A stretch of DNA of 63,916 nucleotides, filler included, from Octopus bimaculoides (Eukaryota), in assembly GCF_001194135.2 (NCBI RefSeq). It is 9 parts of 9 records of this genome, joined end to end, with 100 filler letters (N's around TTAATTAATTAA, not from the genome) between each part and the next. Parts side by side here need not be neighbours in the genome. Positions count along the whole stretch, not along the records: positions 21,852 to 33,840 come from NC_068983.1; positions 33,941 to 53,900 come from NC_068987.1; 7 more parts are not named here. One strand, given 5' to 3'. Positions 24,516 through 36,304 of this stretch are shown in pieces. Every line of letters begins with the position of its first letter. Position 1 is the stretch's first letter. Below the pieces are notes generated by a model. The model searched no databases. It was not told the origin of the DNA and was given only the letters and a program-made list of their open reading frames with translations. A program made the translations under genes and the position numbers.

Positions 24516-24929
24516 CACCTGAAACTTCTCTAGTTCTGGTCAGTTTTAAAAGATATGTAACATTGTGATAATTTTGGAGTTCAAAAGCAGCAATGTCTGA
24601 GCCAAAATTTGATACATGCGATATGTATTTTATTAGTTTAATTGTGCAGTATTATTTAATAACAAACAACCCGTCTTTTAGAAATGTGAAATGTATTATA
24701 TAGCAATAAAGAGAACTAATTTAGAAATGAAAAAAAGGTATTGGAGGGCAATGCATACCCTGCACCCAGATAACTATTTTCACAATTTATGCCGATTACA
24801 ATGCGTTGCTTACCCATGCTTTTTAATTGAACTGAATTAAGCTTTGTAAGTGCCTCAATTGGTTACAAATGCCTCAATTGGTTACACACCACAAAATACA
24901 ATGGAACCTACTGAAGCAAGCCAACACAC

Positions 24930-25740
24930 TTGCAGCATTACCATGGGCAATGGTGAGGCTAAGGCGTTGGAAAAGTCAAGCACCCTTACGGGCATCACCT
25001 GGCACCTTGATATGGTGAGCTACCAACAATAACAAGAACTTCACTGTTAGTGGCCCAGCCCCTTCAAGTGTCTCAAAAGCCACAAGCTGGAAGGAATAGT
25101 TCACTGACAGGTCCTTAATGATGAATTTAATTTGGTGTGATAAGCAAAGCAGCCAGCATTTAGGCAGCAAGACAGACTGTGAAGACCTGTGGAGTCAAAA
25201 GGCGTACCACAGCAACATCTCAGTCTCCTACTGACGTCAGTTCCCACTTTGAGTGCAATGGAGATGTGGAGCTCATCTAGACTGAGTAGACTTCTAATGT
25301 TGACCACCGACAGGGCATCAATCCAGTCCCCTGACATTTTTGCACTAGCACCTTGAAAATTGATCAGATTGATCAAGAAGAAAGTTGAAAGTGGCACCTG
25401 AACACAGATTGCCCCATACTCTCTGCTTCCATCTAGCCTCAACTGTAACAGGAACTAACAAACCCAGCTCTTGCCACTGTAACAAAGCTTCATTCATCTC
25501 CCTGTTGGAACTAGTCCATGTTGGAGAGAAGAGAATGTTGCCTACTAAAGAGCAGCAAGCATGGATGGAGGAAAGAAAACAGGGAAAAGATAGAGATGAG
25601 CACTTGTGCAGACCTACATTTTGGCAAACATTTTGGGCAAAGCAGCCTGGTCACAGGACTCTGGAGAGAGTCTGACATTGACCAAACATTCGAGTTTCCT
25701 GAAGATTAGGTTGTCAAAGCATTAGAGCACTGATGAGAAT
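24930..25740 (-). mobile_element. Degenerate CRE-type (RLE) non-LTR retrotransposon C-terminal region
   Basis: SGDWIDALS...CCCGTPFDSTGLHSLSC (zinc knuckle), FQLVAFETLEGAGP, LFQRLSLTIAHGNAASVL, and upstream FPCFLSSIHAC. Confidence 0.72.
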
Positions 25741-25924
25741 CAATGAAGGACTAACTCTGAGGAAAAACAATAACTTAGGAATCGACAAGTAATTCCTAAG
25801 TATCAAAAAAACCTTGGTGGGGCTCGATTACCTCACAATTTTTAAAAACTTGCTCAAGGTTGTGTCTGTCTGAATATGTGATGAAGTATGTAAATGTGTG
25901 TATATGTATGTATCAATGTACATA

Positions 25925-26690
25925 TGTAATATCAGTGTGCATAAACAACAAAGTGTAAACGCCTTGAGAGAAGAGTTGAACATAAGAAGCATCAGATGTG
26001 GTGTGCAAGAGAGATGACTGCGCTGTTATGGTCATGTGCTGTGTATGGATGAGGACAGCTGTGTGAAGAAGTGTCACACCCTAACAGTGGAGGGAACCTG
26101 TGGAAGAGGTAGACCCAGGAAGATCTGGGATGAGGTGGTGAAGCATGACCTTCGAACATTAGTCCTTACGTAGGCAATGACAAAGTGGCCAAGACCTTTG
26201 GAGATATGCTGTGCTTGAGAAGACCCAACAAGCCAAGTGAGATTGTAGCCATGGCCGATGCCAGTGTTGCATAACCAGCCCATTTAAAAATACCCTTCAA
26301 TCGTTGAGAAATATGCTGTGCTTGAGAAGACCTGTTGAATCAAGTGAAATTGTAGTCATGGCTGATGCCAGTGCCACCTGACTGGCACCCATGCCAATGA
26401 CACATAAAAAACACCATTTGAGCGTGACCAATGTCAGTGCTGGTGGCATGTAAAAAGCACCATTAGAGCTTGGTCGATGGCAGTGCTGCCTGACTGGCCC
26501 CTGTGCCAGTGGCACATAAAAAGCACCCATTATACTCTTGGAGTGGTTGGCATTAGGAAGGGCAACTAGCAGTAGAAACCTTGCCAGAACAGATTGGAGC
26601 CTGGTGCAGCCTCTTCGCTTGGCAGTCCTCAGTCAAACCATCCAACATATGCCAGCATGAAAAGTGGATATTAAACGATGATGATGATAT
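25925..26690 (+). mobile_element. RTE LINE 3' end with (GAT)n tail
   Basis: Same family as 23985-24515 in the opposite orientation; ends ttaaacgatgatgatgat. Confidence 0.9.
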
Positions 26691-26729
26691 ATACATTTAT
26701 GCATGTGTGTGTGTGTATGTATGTATTTA

Positions 26730-26760
<31 letters not shown>

Positions 26761-26761
26761 T

Positions 26762-28411
26762 CGCATGGATGATGGTACGCTTGCACTAAATGAGGCTGCA
26801 AAGAAAGAGGTTTGGAGACGCCACTATGAAAGATTGCTCAATAAAGAGAATGAATGGGAGAAAGAGAGTCTGCCGAATGTTAACCCAACTGACGGACCAG
26901 CTATCCGAGTTGACAGTACCATGGTAGATAAAGCAATTAAGAGTATGAAGACAGGGAAAGCCCCCAGCCCATCAGGAATCACTGCAGAGATGCTCAAAAT
27001 ATCTGGCAGTGTCGGCTATAGCCTAGTCACTGTATTTTTAACCAGGTGATACATGAAGGAGTCATAACCAATGACTGGTGTAGCAGCACCATAGTCAACT
27101 GCTACAAAGGTAAAGGTAACGCTTTAGATACAAATAATTACAGAGGTATCAAGCTGTTAGATCAGGTAATGAAAGTCACGGAGAGGGTCATAGCCTAACT
27201 ACTTAGGGAGCGGGTCAGTTTAGATGAGATGCAGTTTGGGTTCGTGCCTGGGAAAAGCACCACTGATGCTATATTTCTAGTAAGACAGTTTCAGGAGAAA
27301 TACCTAGCCGAGGATAAACCTCTGTACCTGGCTTTCGTTGACATGGAGAAAGCCTTTGACAGGGTCCCCCGATCCCTCATCTGGTGGTCAATGAGGAAAC
27401 TAGGGATAGTAGAATGGTTAGTGAGAGCTGTGCGGGCCATGTACAGAGATGCTGTCAGTAAAGTGAGGGTTGGCAATCAGTACAGTGAAGAATTCTAGGT
27501 AGAGGTAGGGGTCCACCAAGGTTCTGTCCTCAGCCCCCTCCTATTTATCATAGTCCTCCAGGCAATAACAGAGGAATTCAAGACACGATGCCCCTGGGAG
27601 CTCCTCTATGCCGATGACCTTGCACTAATTGCTGAGTCACTATCAGAACTAGAGGAGAAATTTCAGATGTGGAAGCAAGGACTAGAATCGAAGGGCCTTA
27701 GAATCAACCTAGCTAAAACCAAAGTCCTAATAAGTAAGAAGGTCGAAAAATTACAAACACCTTCAGGTAGATGGCCCTGCTCGATCTGTAGAAAAGGCGT
27801 AGGTAGAAACTCTATAAGATGCACCCAGTGTAAGGTATGGACACATAAGAGGTGCAGCAATATCAAAGGCAGATTAACTGGGAAGTTAGTTTNNNNNNNN
27901 NNCAGTGTAAGGTATGGACACATAAGAGGTGCAGCAATATCAAAGGCAGATTAACTGGGAAGTTAGTTTTTGTATGTAGCAGATATTCAGGAGCTATAAA
28001 CACTGTAAATGTGCAGAAAACAACTTCTGCCACATTCCAGGGACAAAAAACTAGAAGTGATTGATAGCTTCCGCTATCTAGGTGACCAAGTTAGTAGTGG
28101 GGGAGGGTGCGCTGAAAGTGTAGCTGCTAGAATAAGAATAGCCTGGGCAAAGTTCAGAGAGCTCTTACCTCTGCTGGTGACAAAGGGTCTCTCTCTCANN
28201 NNNNNNNNNNNNNNNNNNNNNNNNNNNNNNNNNNNNNNNNNNNNNNNNNNNNNNNNNNNNNNNNCGAACAGCCATGCTTCATGGCAGTGAAACATGGGCC
28301 GTGACTGCTGAAGACATGCGTAGGCTCGCAAGGAATGAAGTCAGTATGCTCCAATGGATGTGTAATATCAGTGTGCATACTAGACAGAGTGTAAGTACCT
28401 TGAGAGAAAAG
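26762..28411 (+). mobile_element. RTE LINE reverse transcriptase (pseudogenised) with PHD-type zinc finger insertion
   Basis: QFGFVPGKSTTDAIF, FVDMEKAFDRVP, GVHQGSVLSPLLF, LLYADD (YADD at 27607-27618), GLRINLAKTK, C2-C2-H-C-C finger, FRYLG, LHGSETW. Contains stops, frameshifts and gaps. Confidence 0.95.
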
Positions 28412-28899
28412 TACCATGGAGAACTAGTGCGTAGGTTTAGAAAAGCTCTGAAGGAGTCCAAACTCAACATTAAGATTGTTGAAAAGCCAGGGAACTCCAT
28501 CAGATCACAACTACGTAGGACGTACCCCTTTGAGAATACCATATGTACCAATGATAACTGTATGGTATGTAGGATTAGCCCTGGCATTAACTGCAGAAAT
28601 AGAAATGTAGTTTACAGCATAAAATGCATGAAGGTGCTTGTAAAGACCTGAATATGACATACATAGCTGAAACATCTAGGAGCATTGCAGAACGACTAAA
28701 CGAACATATGAGACGATATGACAACAAAAATCAGTCCTCCATACTATACCAACATGCCAAAGACCAGCATGGAGGCAACTTGGGTCAACTTGACATCCGC
28801 GTTTTATCCAAGCACCCAAAAGACCCAACTCTAAGACAAATATGAGAGTACGTCCTTATAAATGAAACTTCCCCAATACTAAATAGGAAATATACATAG
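28412..28899 (+). mobile_element. Penelope-like element C-terminal GIY-YIG endonuclease (Naiad-like by inference)
   Basis: KIVEKPGNSIRSQL..TYPF, CTNDNCMVC...NCRNRNVVYSIKC, YIAETSRSIAERLNEH, LYQHAKDQH, PTLRQI*EYVLINE...LN. One frameshift near 28630. Confidence 0.8.
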
Positions 28900-29732
28900 A
28901 TATCATACCCCCATACCCACATTTTACACAGGTAAAGTAGGACACTTGATGGGCTTTTATGCAGATAGATGTATGTATGTCTGTGAGTGTGGGTGTATAT
29001 GTGCGTGTGTGCATGCACATGTATGTATATGTAAACCAACAGGTCTACATACAGACGGGTAGGTACATAGGGTATATGAACAGACAACCACATACGCAAA
29101 TAGAGACTGAAACACATGACCACATATACACACACACTTGTCCACACATATGAAGATGTGCACCCATACATACAAACATGGTACATAGCGGCAAAACACA
29201 CACGCGCGCACACACACACACACGCACACACTGAGACATGCACACAGAAGGAGACAGGTACATACATACATATACACACATACATAAAAAAACACAGAGG
29301 AATATGCAGAATACATACATACATGCAAACACACATACATATATATATATATATATACATACATATATATATACACACACATACATATATACATATGCAC
29401 ACACACACACAGACATACATACACACACATGCACACATACATGCATGCATACATACACACACATGCGCAAAAACAGAACGCAGCGTAAATAACGGACAGA
29501 GTCGCAACGAAAATTTTAGGAAAATAAAAATAAGAAATGTGGAAATTTTAACGATGGGTGTGTTAAATTTTAAGGCACAAAAAGAAAATGACTCTCCCCA
29601 GACACAACAAAATATACTTCAACACACGAAATCACATAAAAAATCTTGCAAACCAAATCCAAAAANNNNNNNNNNAATATACTTCAACACACGAAATCAC
29701 ATAAAAAATCTTGCAAACCAAATCCAAAAACG

Positions 29733-29774
<42 letters not shown>

Positions 29775-30198
29775 GTATATGTGTGTGTACATATATATTA
29801 TACATACACGCGCGCGCGCTCAGACTGTCATCGTACATATTTGTTACATCGCCGTTGGTTACTGGCTTCTAATGAGCTAAATACTTAAATACTAGTTCGC
29901 TGAATTTTCGACAAGTGGAAGTGATAACAAAGGATCTGCGTAACCTATAACATAAGGAATGACTATATTCGTAAAACCCCCATTTTTCGGTTCTTCTGCC
30001 TATGTTTATATCTTTCTCCGATATACATCAGCGAAAGATACACACGCATACACTCATACATACACACCATATAATTTTTGGTTCAATCTCACATTGCGCT
30101 TTTTAAACCTTAACGGCTAAAAATTGGGACGTGAGTAGATTCAATATTGGTAATAAGTGATAAGGTAGATACGAAGAGATGTGAGCAACTAAAGTTAC

Positions 30199-30479
30199 CT
30201 TAAGTCACAGTAGTACGGATAAGCCTTAGCCCCTGCCTCCGTAACCAATTGGGCTGTCTTCTCGTTTTCTGCTTCATCAATGTCCCACAAGACCAGGATA
30301 CAACCACGTCGAGCAAAAGCGAGGGCAAGGCCCCGTCCGATGCCATTAGCAGAGCCAGTGATCAGGACAATTTCATCTTTTACATCTTTATACTTGGGTG
30401 TGATAAGGAAATTCCACACCGCTGCCACGCAAGCGATGACTATGTCTCGTAAAAGAAATAGAATTTCAACTATCAACAT
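30199..30479 (-). CDS. First coding exon of an SDR16C-family short-chain dehydrogenase (retinol dehydrogenase / HSD17B11-like); partial gene
   Basis: MLIVEILFLLRDIVIACVAAVWNFLITPKYKDVKDEIVLITGSANGIGRGLALAFARRGCILVLWDIDEAENEKTAQLV...AYPYYCDL: hydrophobic N-terminus, TGxxxGIG cofactor motif, LVLWD. Phase-2 donor AG|GTAACT after 30199. Confidence 0.88.
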
Positions 30480-30541
30480 TGCAGCGTGTTGTTGCGTCGT
30501 TTTCTTTCGCTCTTCCACACTCAAATAAACAAATGGGGTTC

Positions 30542-30560
<19 letters not shown>
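30480..30560 (-). promoter_or_regulatory. 5' UTR part of the SDR exon and splice acceptor (AG at 30542-30541)
   Basis: Minus strand (TC)n-ttctccAG|aacccc, 61 nt upstream of the ATG. Confidence 0.55.
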
Positions 30561-30589
<29 letters not shown>

Positions 30590-31979
30590 AGAGTGAATGA
30601 GTGATAAAGATAGAGATTAATGAGAGCNNNNNNNNNNNNNNGGGGGGGGGAAGAGGAATTAAAGTGATTGATGCTAAAGAGGGAGAGACTAAGTAGAAAG
30701 ATAAAAAAGAGAAATAATTTAAAGATAGAGGTTTTGTAAAACAGAGAAAGAAAGAATTGAGAATGAGAGAACTACTTGAGAAAGAAGTGCAGGGAAGTTG
30801 GTGGAAACAAAAAGGGATAGGAAAAGGGAAAAGAGTTGGGAGGAAATTAATTTCCTTTATGGAACTTTGAATCTGAATAGACAGGTTTGTTATGTCAACT
30901 TCCCGTCAGCTTTGATCGATTTTTTAGTAAGTAGATTTAGCTCATAAAAAAATCTAGGATAATAATTTGACTAGAAGCTACTAATATATAATTCTCTTGT
31001 GTTTCTGTCCGTCACAACAGATGACTGACGAAGGAAGGGGTGATAACCACCGATGGAAGTGGGATGGTGAAAATTCAACGGTGAAAAAAGATCAAACAGC
31101 GCTTCAACTCTGTGTGTGTATATGTATGTGCCTGTAAAAGGGGGTTTGTGAATGTTTGTGTGTGTTTATATAATGTTTGAGAGAGTGTTTATGTGTTTGT
31201 GTATGTTTATTTAGAAAGATACATAAAAAATAGAATTACAGACGCGCATTTACACACACATATAAACAGACACACTTAAAAAGGAAGGAAGGGGACTATG
31301 ACAAAGTATAGAAAACCGCGTTCCCTGCAGACTGTGCTACTTATACATATAAATGTAGTGTAAAAATTCACATAAAACAGCATTGAATATGCATTCTTAG
31401 AAGACAACGTTCTCCGAAAGTTATAGTCCTTATTTTTATATATAGATATGTACTTTATTGCCTTCACAGTGTTCATCCGTTTTACAAAATTAAACTAGAA
31501 CATTGGACAAAACAGAGAACACAGTTGAAAAAATTAAGGATCTATTCAGTTTCAATCACAGATTTTTTTTAACTAAACAGTTTGAAACTTCGAATACTGG
31601 GAGACTTTCTCACGTAAAACACGGTTTACTCTGCACGCTTTTGACAGAATTTCGTATTTTAGAAGTTATTACGTTTCGTGTTAAAGTTGTAGTATTTGGG
31701 TATTTTTAACCAATCAATGACGTGTATTTAGCTGAAGAAATGTACTTCTGTTTGCGGAAGAGCAACAACTCTCGGGTTTAATCTCTACGAAATGCATTTT
31801 TCAACTGTGTGGTTTGTTCGGATGGTTTTTTTTTAGCTTGGCAGCTGTGTTTTTGGATATTTTTACTTACTGCCTGTGATTATTTTCACCACTCTGTTCT
31901 ATTTTATTTTTGTTTACTTGCTTGCGTTAATTTCGCGCTTTATTTTCACCAACTTTTGTTTATTTGCCTGCGTTAAGTT

Positions 31980-32260
31980 GTATGTATTACACCTGCCTGG
32001 TTATTTTCTTATATGCACCTCTGCCTGAACTGTGCATATACTGCCATGAAATCTTACAGTGCATTTCAAAGTTTAATATCCTGCATTAAAATTGATTTAA
32101 TCTCTGCTTGTATTTTTCAATGTATCTCTGCTTTTGTATGTGTTACACCAACCTGGTTAGTTTTTAACATGCACCTTTGCCCGAACTGTGTATGTACTGC
32201 CATGAAATCTTACAGTGCATTTCAAAGTTTAATATTCCGCATTAAAATTGATTCAATCTT
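31980..32260. repeat. Diverged tandem duplication, period 156 bp
   Basis: Copies start at 31980 and 32136; they share tactgccatgaaatcttacagtgcatttcaaagtttaatat. Confidence 0.9.
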
Positions 32261-32806
32261 TATCTGTTTGTATTGTTTTTTTCCTTTTGTTTACATCGTA
32301 TACATGCCTTAAGGGTTAGAGTTATGGTTTAGAATTAGGGTTTCATAGCATGCTAAAGTGTAAGTGGCTACATATACTGTATGCTAAAGTGACACGGATA
32401 AGTACTGGGTCAAATTAGCTGACTAATTGTGTCCTATAAAATTTCTTGCTTTGTGCCTTTGTTAGAAATTCTTATTAGTACTATTATTTAGTGCGAGCAA
32501 GAGAAAAATGGTGTTCAAAGAACATCTGCAGGCTTTCCCAAATTGTGAATGTAGATGATGTTTTTTTTCACCTTCTGTAAATTAATGTCTTAAGAAACAG
32601 TAATTCCTTGTAAAGGTCGCCATTCTAGAGACAAATGATTCGATAAAATATTTAGTATGAGCTGTGAGATATGTTAAAGATGATGTGGGCTCAGTTTGGT
32701 ATAATATACAGCTTGTATATCCACAAGAATAGCAAAGGCTGCTGTTTTGCTTTTAGTTTTTTTCTCGGCACTATCATGCTATTAGCTGTCAGAAGTGAAA
32801 GTGCTC

Positions 32807-33135
32807 TCTGCCTGCATGCCTGTTGCTGGCCTGTCGATTCTTTGGCTACTGACAGCTAATACCATGACTGGCCGGAGCGAGCTATATGTCTGTCTGTCTC
32901 TCTCTCTCTCTATCTATTACTCGAAAGTTTGCGCGTCCGCGCTAGCTAGTCGTGAGTAGAAAACACAAATTTAATATAAAAACATATTTCCTGAAATTGC
33001 AAATTATTTAAAATATAAAAAAATAATTTTCAACAGAGAGAATTTATCAAAATAGAAAACAAATGAAGTTTGAAGTTTAAAAATAATAGGATCGACCACT
33101 CACGACTAGCTAGCGCGAACTTTCGAGTAATAGAT

Positions 33136-33168
<33 letters not shown>

Positions 33169-33249
33169 TATAGCTCGCTCCGGCCAGTCATGGTATTAGC
33201 TGTCAGTGGCCAAAGAATCGACAGGCCAGCAACAAGCATTGCAGGCAGA
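32807..33249. repeat. Long, nearly perfect inverted repeat (fold-back)
   Basis: Arms 32807-32957 and 33098-33249 around a ~140-bp AT-rich spacer. Confidence 0.92.
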
Positions 33250-33644
33250 CAGACAGATACTTCACTAGCAGTGAGCACTTTCTTTGTCTTGTCAAAAAAT
33301 GATAAATCATCTCCCTTTGACCTACGACTTCAACCAAGTTAGGCAAAGTTCAGATGGACAGGAGCTTACTTATTTAGACACAATCTCTCCTGCAGTATGT
33401 CTGTCCTTCTAGCTGCCACGGCTGTTATAAATACCGTGGTCAGCAAAGGGACAGACAAGAAAGGCCTAGGACGCAGAAAGACATAGAGTGCGAGAAAGGT
33501 TTGAACGAAGGGACATGGCAGACTACTTTCTCAGCTGAACGACACACACACAAGCACAAACATATCCAGTTCTAACACATCACCTACACAGATGTACCCT
33601 GTTTTTATTCCTCTCAACTTGTAGCAGTTGTAAACAAATACTTC

Positions 33645-33940
33645 ATCATCATCATCATCATCATCGTTTAACGTCCGCTTTCCATGCTAGCATGGGTTGG
33701 ACGATTTGACTGAGGACTGGTGAAACCGGATGGCAACACCAGGCTCCAATCTAATTTGGCAGAGTTTCTACAGCTGGATGCCCTTCCTAACGCCAACCAC
33801 TCAGAGAGTGTAGTGGGTGCTTTTACGTGTCACCCGCACGNNNNNNNNNNNNNNNNNNNNNNNNNNNNNNNNNNNNNNNNNNNNTTAATTAATTAANNNN
33901 NNNNNNNNNNNNNNNNNNNNNNNNNNNNNNNNNNNNNNNN

Positions 33941-33981
<41 letters not shown>

Positions 33982-34270
33982 TATATACACACACAAATGT
34001 CATCATCATCTTTAAGACATCCGTTCTCCATGCTAGATGGGTTGGACAGTTTGGCAGGAATTGGTCAGCTGGAGAACTGCCATGGATTCATTTATCTGCT
34101 TTGGTAAGGTTTCTACAGCTGTATGCCCTTCCTAACACTAACCACTTTACTGAGTGTACTGAGTGTTTTTATACAGTGCTACTGTGGGTGCTTTTACACA
34201 GCACCAGCATGAGTGCTTGCACATGGCACCAGTAGAGGCACTTTTATATGACACTGGCATCAGCACCCAC
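33645..34270 (-). mobile_element. Two RTE 3' tails (33645-33840 and ~33998-34270)
   Basis: (CAT)n-cgtttaacgtccgctttccatgctagcatgg...ttctacagctggatgcccttcctaacgccaacc. Confidence 0.85.
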
Positions 34271-34478
34271 AAACTAGCAAGTGCAAGTTGTTTGCAAAAC
34301 ATTTATGTATATAGAATGAAACAGAAAGCTGGAAAATATTTTTGTATTATTTTTTCACCATTACATACTTTTCATTAGCTAATAGGAATCACAAAACTGT
34401 ACATGTTTGATAACAATGTAAGAAACTTCCTATGAGAAATTCTTCAGACATAGTTTGTATGATTGTGTATAGAAGAAT

Positions 34479-35171
34479 ATATTAATCAATGAAATTCCAT
34501 CTTAGTCTGATTTTCACATTTTATTATTTGTAATTTTTACAATTTTGCAATATTGAAATAAACTAGTATTTTCATGCTTAATGCAATCATTAGGTTTATG
34601 TAATGCCAGTCATGTTCCACATAGTCTATTGTGGGATAGGGAGGCGCAATGGCCCAGTGGTTAGGGCAGCGGACTCGCGGTCATAGGATCGCAGTTTTGA
34701 TTCCCAGACCGGGCGTTGTGAGTGTTTATTGAGCGAAAACACCTAAAGCTCCACGAGGCTCCGGCAAGGGATGGTGGTGAACCCTGCTGTACTCTTCCAC
34801 TACAACTTTCTCTCACTCTTATTTCCTGTTTCTGTTGTGCCTGTAGTTCAAAGGGTCAGCCTTGTCACATTGTATCACGCTGAATATCTCCGAGAACTAC
34901 GTTAAGGGTACACGTGTCTGTGGAGTGCTCAGCCACTTGCATGTTAATTTCACGAGCAGGCTGTTCCATTGATCGGATCAACTGGAACCCTTGACGTCGT
35001 AATTGACGGAGTGCCAACAACAACAAATTGTGGGATAAGACTGTCACTACATAAACCTAATGATTGCATAATGCATGAAAGTATTAGTTTATTTCAATAT
35101 TGCAGCATTGTAAAAATTGCAAATAATAAAATGTGAAAATCAGACTAAGTTGGAATTTCACTGATTAATAT
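34479..35171. repeat. ~290-bp palindromic element split at its centre by a SINE
   Basis: 34479-34624 is the reverse complement of ~35030-35171. Confidence 0.85.
34640..35026 (+). mobile_element. Full-length tRNA-derived SINE family 2 with 11-bp TSD
   Basis: ggaggcgcaatggcccagtggttaggg head, (CAA)n tail, TSD attgtgggata at 34628-34638 and 35027-35037. Confidence 0.92.
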
Positions 35172-35209
35172 CTATATACATTTTTCAAAATGTAACCACG
35201 TGTGGATCG

Positions 35210-35415
35210 TTGACTATTTTTTTCCTCAGTCTTCCTTTCCTCTTGGACTTTCCTCTGTCTCTTGTTTCAGACGAAGAGCTTTGCTCAAAACATAAAACTA
35301 CCTTTCTTTCTTTCCCTGAGTGTCTGCTAATACTTTACCCTGTACCATGTCCCAGTGCTGTTGTTTTTTTCTTGTTGCATTTGTTCTTCGTTTCTTTTTG
35401 AATTTACTATATATA
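35210..35415 (+). mobile_element. Penelope-like tail with decayed hammerhead (35264-35298)
   Basis: gttt-CAGACGA-a-GAGCtttGCTC-AAAAC-ATA-aaac; three substitutions away from a canonical core. Confidence 0.5.
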
Positions 35416-36304
35416 NNNNNNNNNNNNNNNNNNNNNNNNNNNNNNNNNNNNNNNNNNNNNNNNNNNNNNNNNNNNNNNNNNNNNNNNNNNNNNNNNNNNN
35501 NNNNNNNNNNNNNNNNNNNNNNNNNNNNNNNNNNNNNNNNNNNNNNNNNNNNNNNNNNNNNNNNNNNNNNNNNNNNNNNNNNNNNNNNNNNNNNNNNNNN
35601 NNNNNNNNNNNNNNNNNNNNNNNNNNNNNNNNNNNNNNNNNNNNNNNNNNNNNNNNNNNNNNNNNNNNNNNNNNNNNNNNNNNNNNNNNNNNNNNNNNNN
35701 NNNNNNNNNNNNNNNNNNNNNNNNNNNNNNNNNNNNNNNNNNNNNNNNNNNNNNNNNNNNNNNNNNNNNNNNNNNNNNNNNNNNNNNNNNNNNNNNNNNN
35801 NNNNNNNNNNNNNNNNNNNNNNNNNNNNNNNNNNNNNNNNNNNNNNNNNNNNNNNNNNNNNNNNNNNNNNNNNNNNNNNNNNNNNNNNNNNNNNNNNNNN
35901 NNNNNNNNNNNNNNNNNNNNNNNNNNNNNNNNNNNNNNNNNNNNNNNNNNNNNNNNNNNNNNNNNNNNNNNNNNNNNNNNNNNNNNNNNNNNNNNNNNNN
36001 NNNNNNNNNNNNNNNNNNNNNNNNNNNNNNNNNNNNNNNNNNNNNNNNNNNNNNNNNNNNNNNNNNNNNNNNNNNNNNNNNNNNNNNNNNNNNNNNNNNN
36101 NNNNNNNNNNNNNNNNNNNNNNNNNNNNNNNNNNNNNNNNNNNNNNNNNNNNNNNNNNNNNNNNNNNNNNNNNNNNNNNNNNNNNNNNNNNNNNNNNNNN
36201 NNNNNNNNNNNNNNNNNNNNNNNNNNNNNNNNNNNNNNNNNNNTATATATATATATACACACACACACATGCACACATGCGTGCGTGCACACACAAACAC
36301 ACAC

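Noticed and set aside
27826-27969. Tandem duplication of part of the PHD finger (similar cases at 29600-29730, 46920-47705, 61200-61860)
   Set aside because: The copies directly flank N gaps and are identical or nearly so; most likely unmerged contig overlaps or haplotypes.
34640-34715. tRNA-like sequences at SINE heads as tRNA genes
   Set aside because: They continue into SINE bodies with tails and TSDs, and give no complete cloverleaf.
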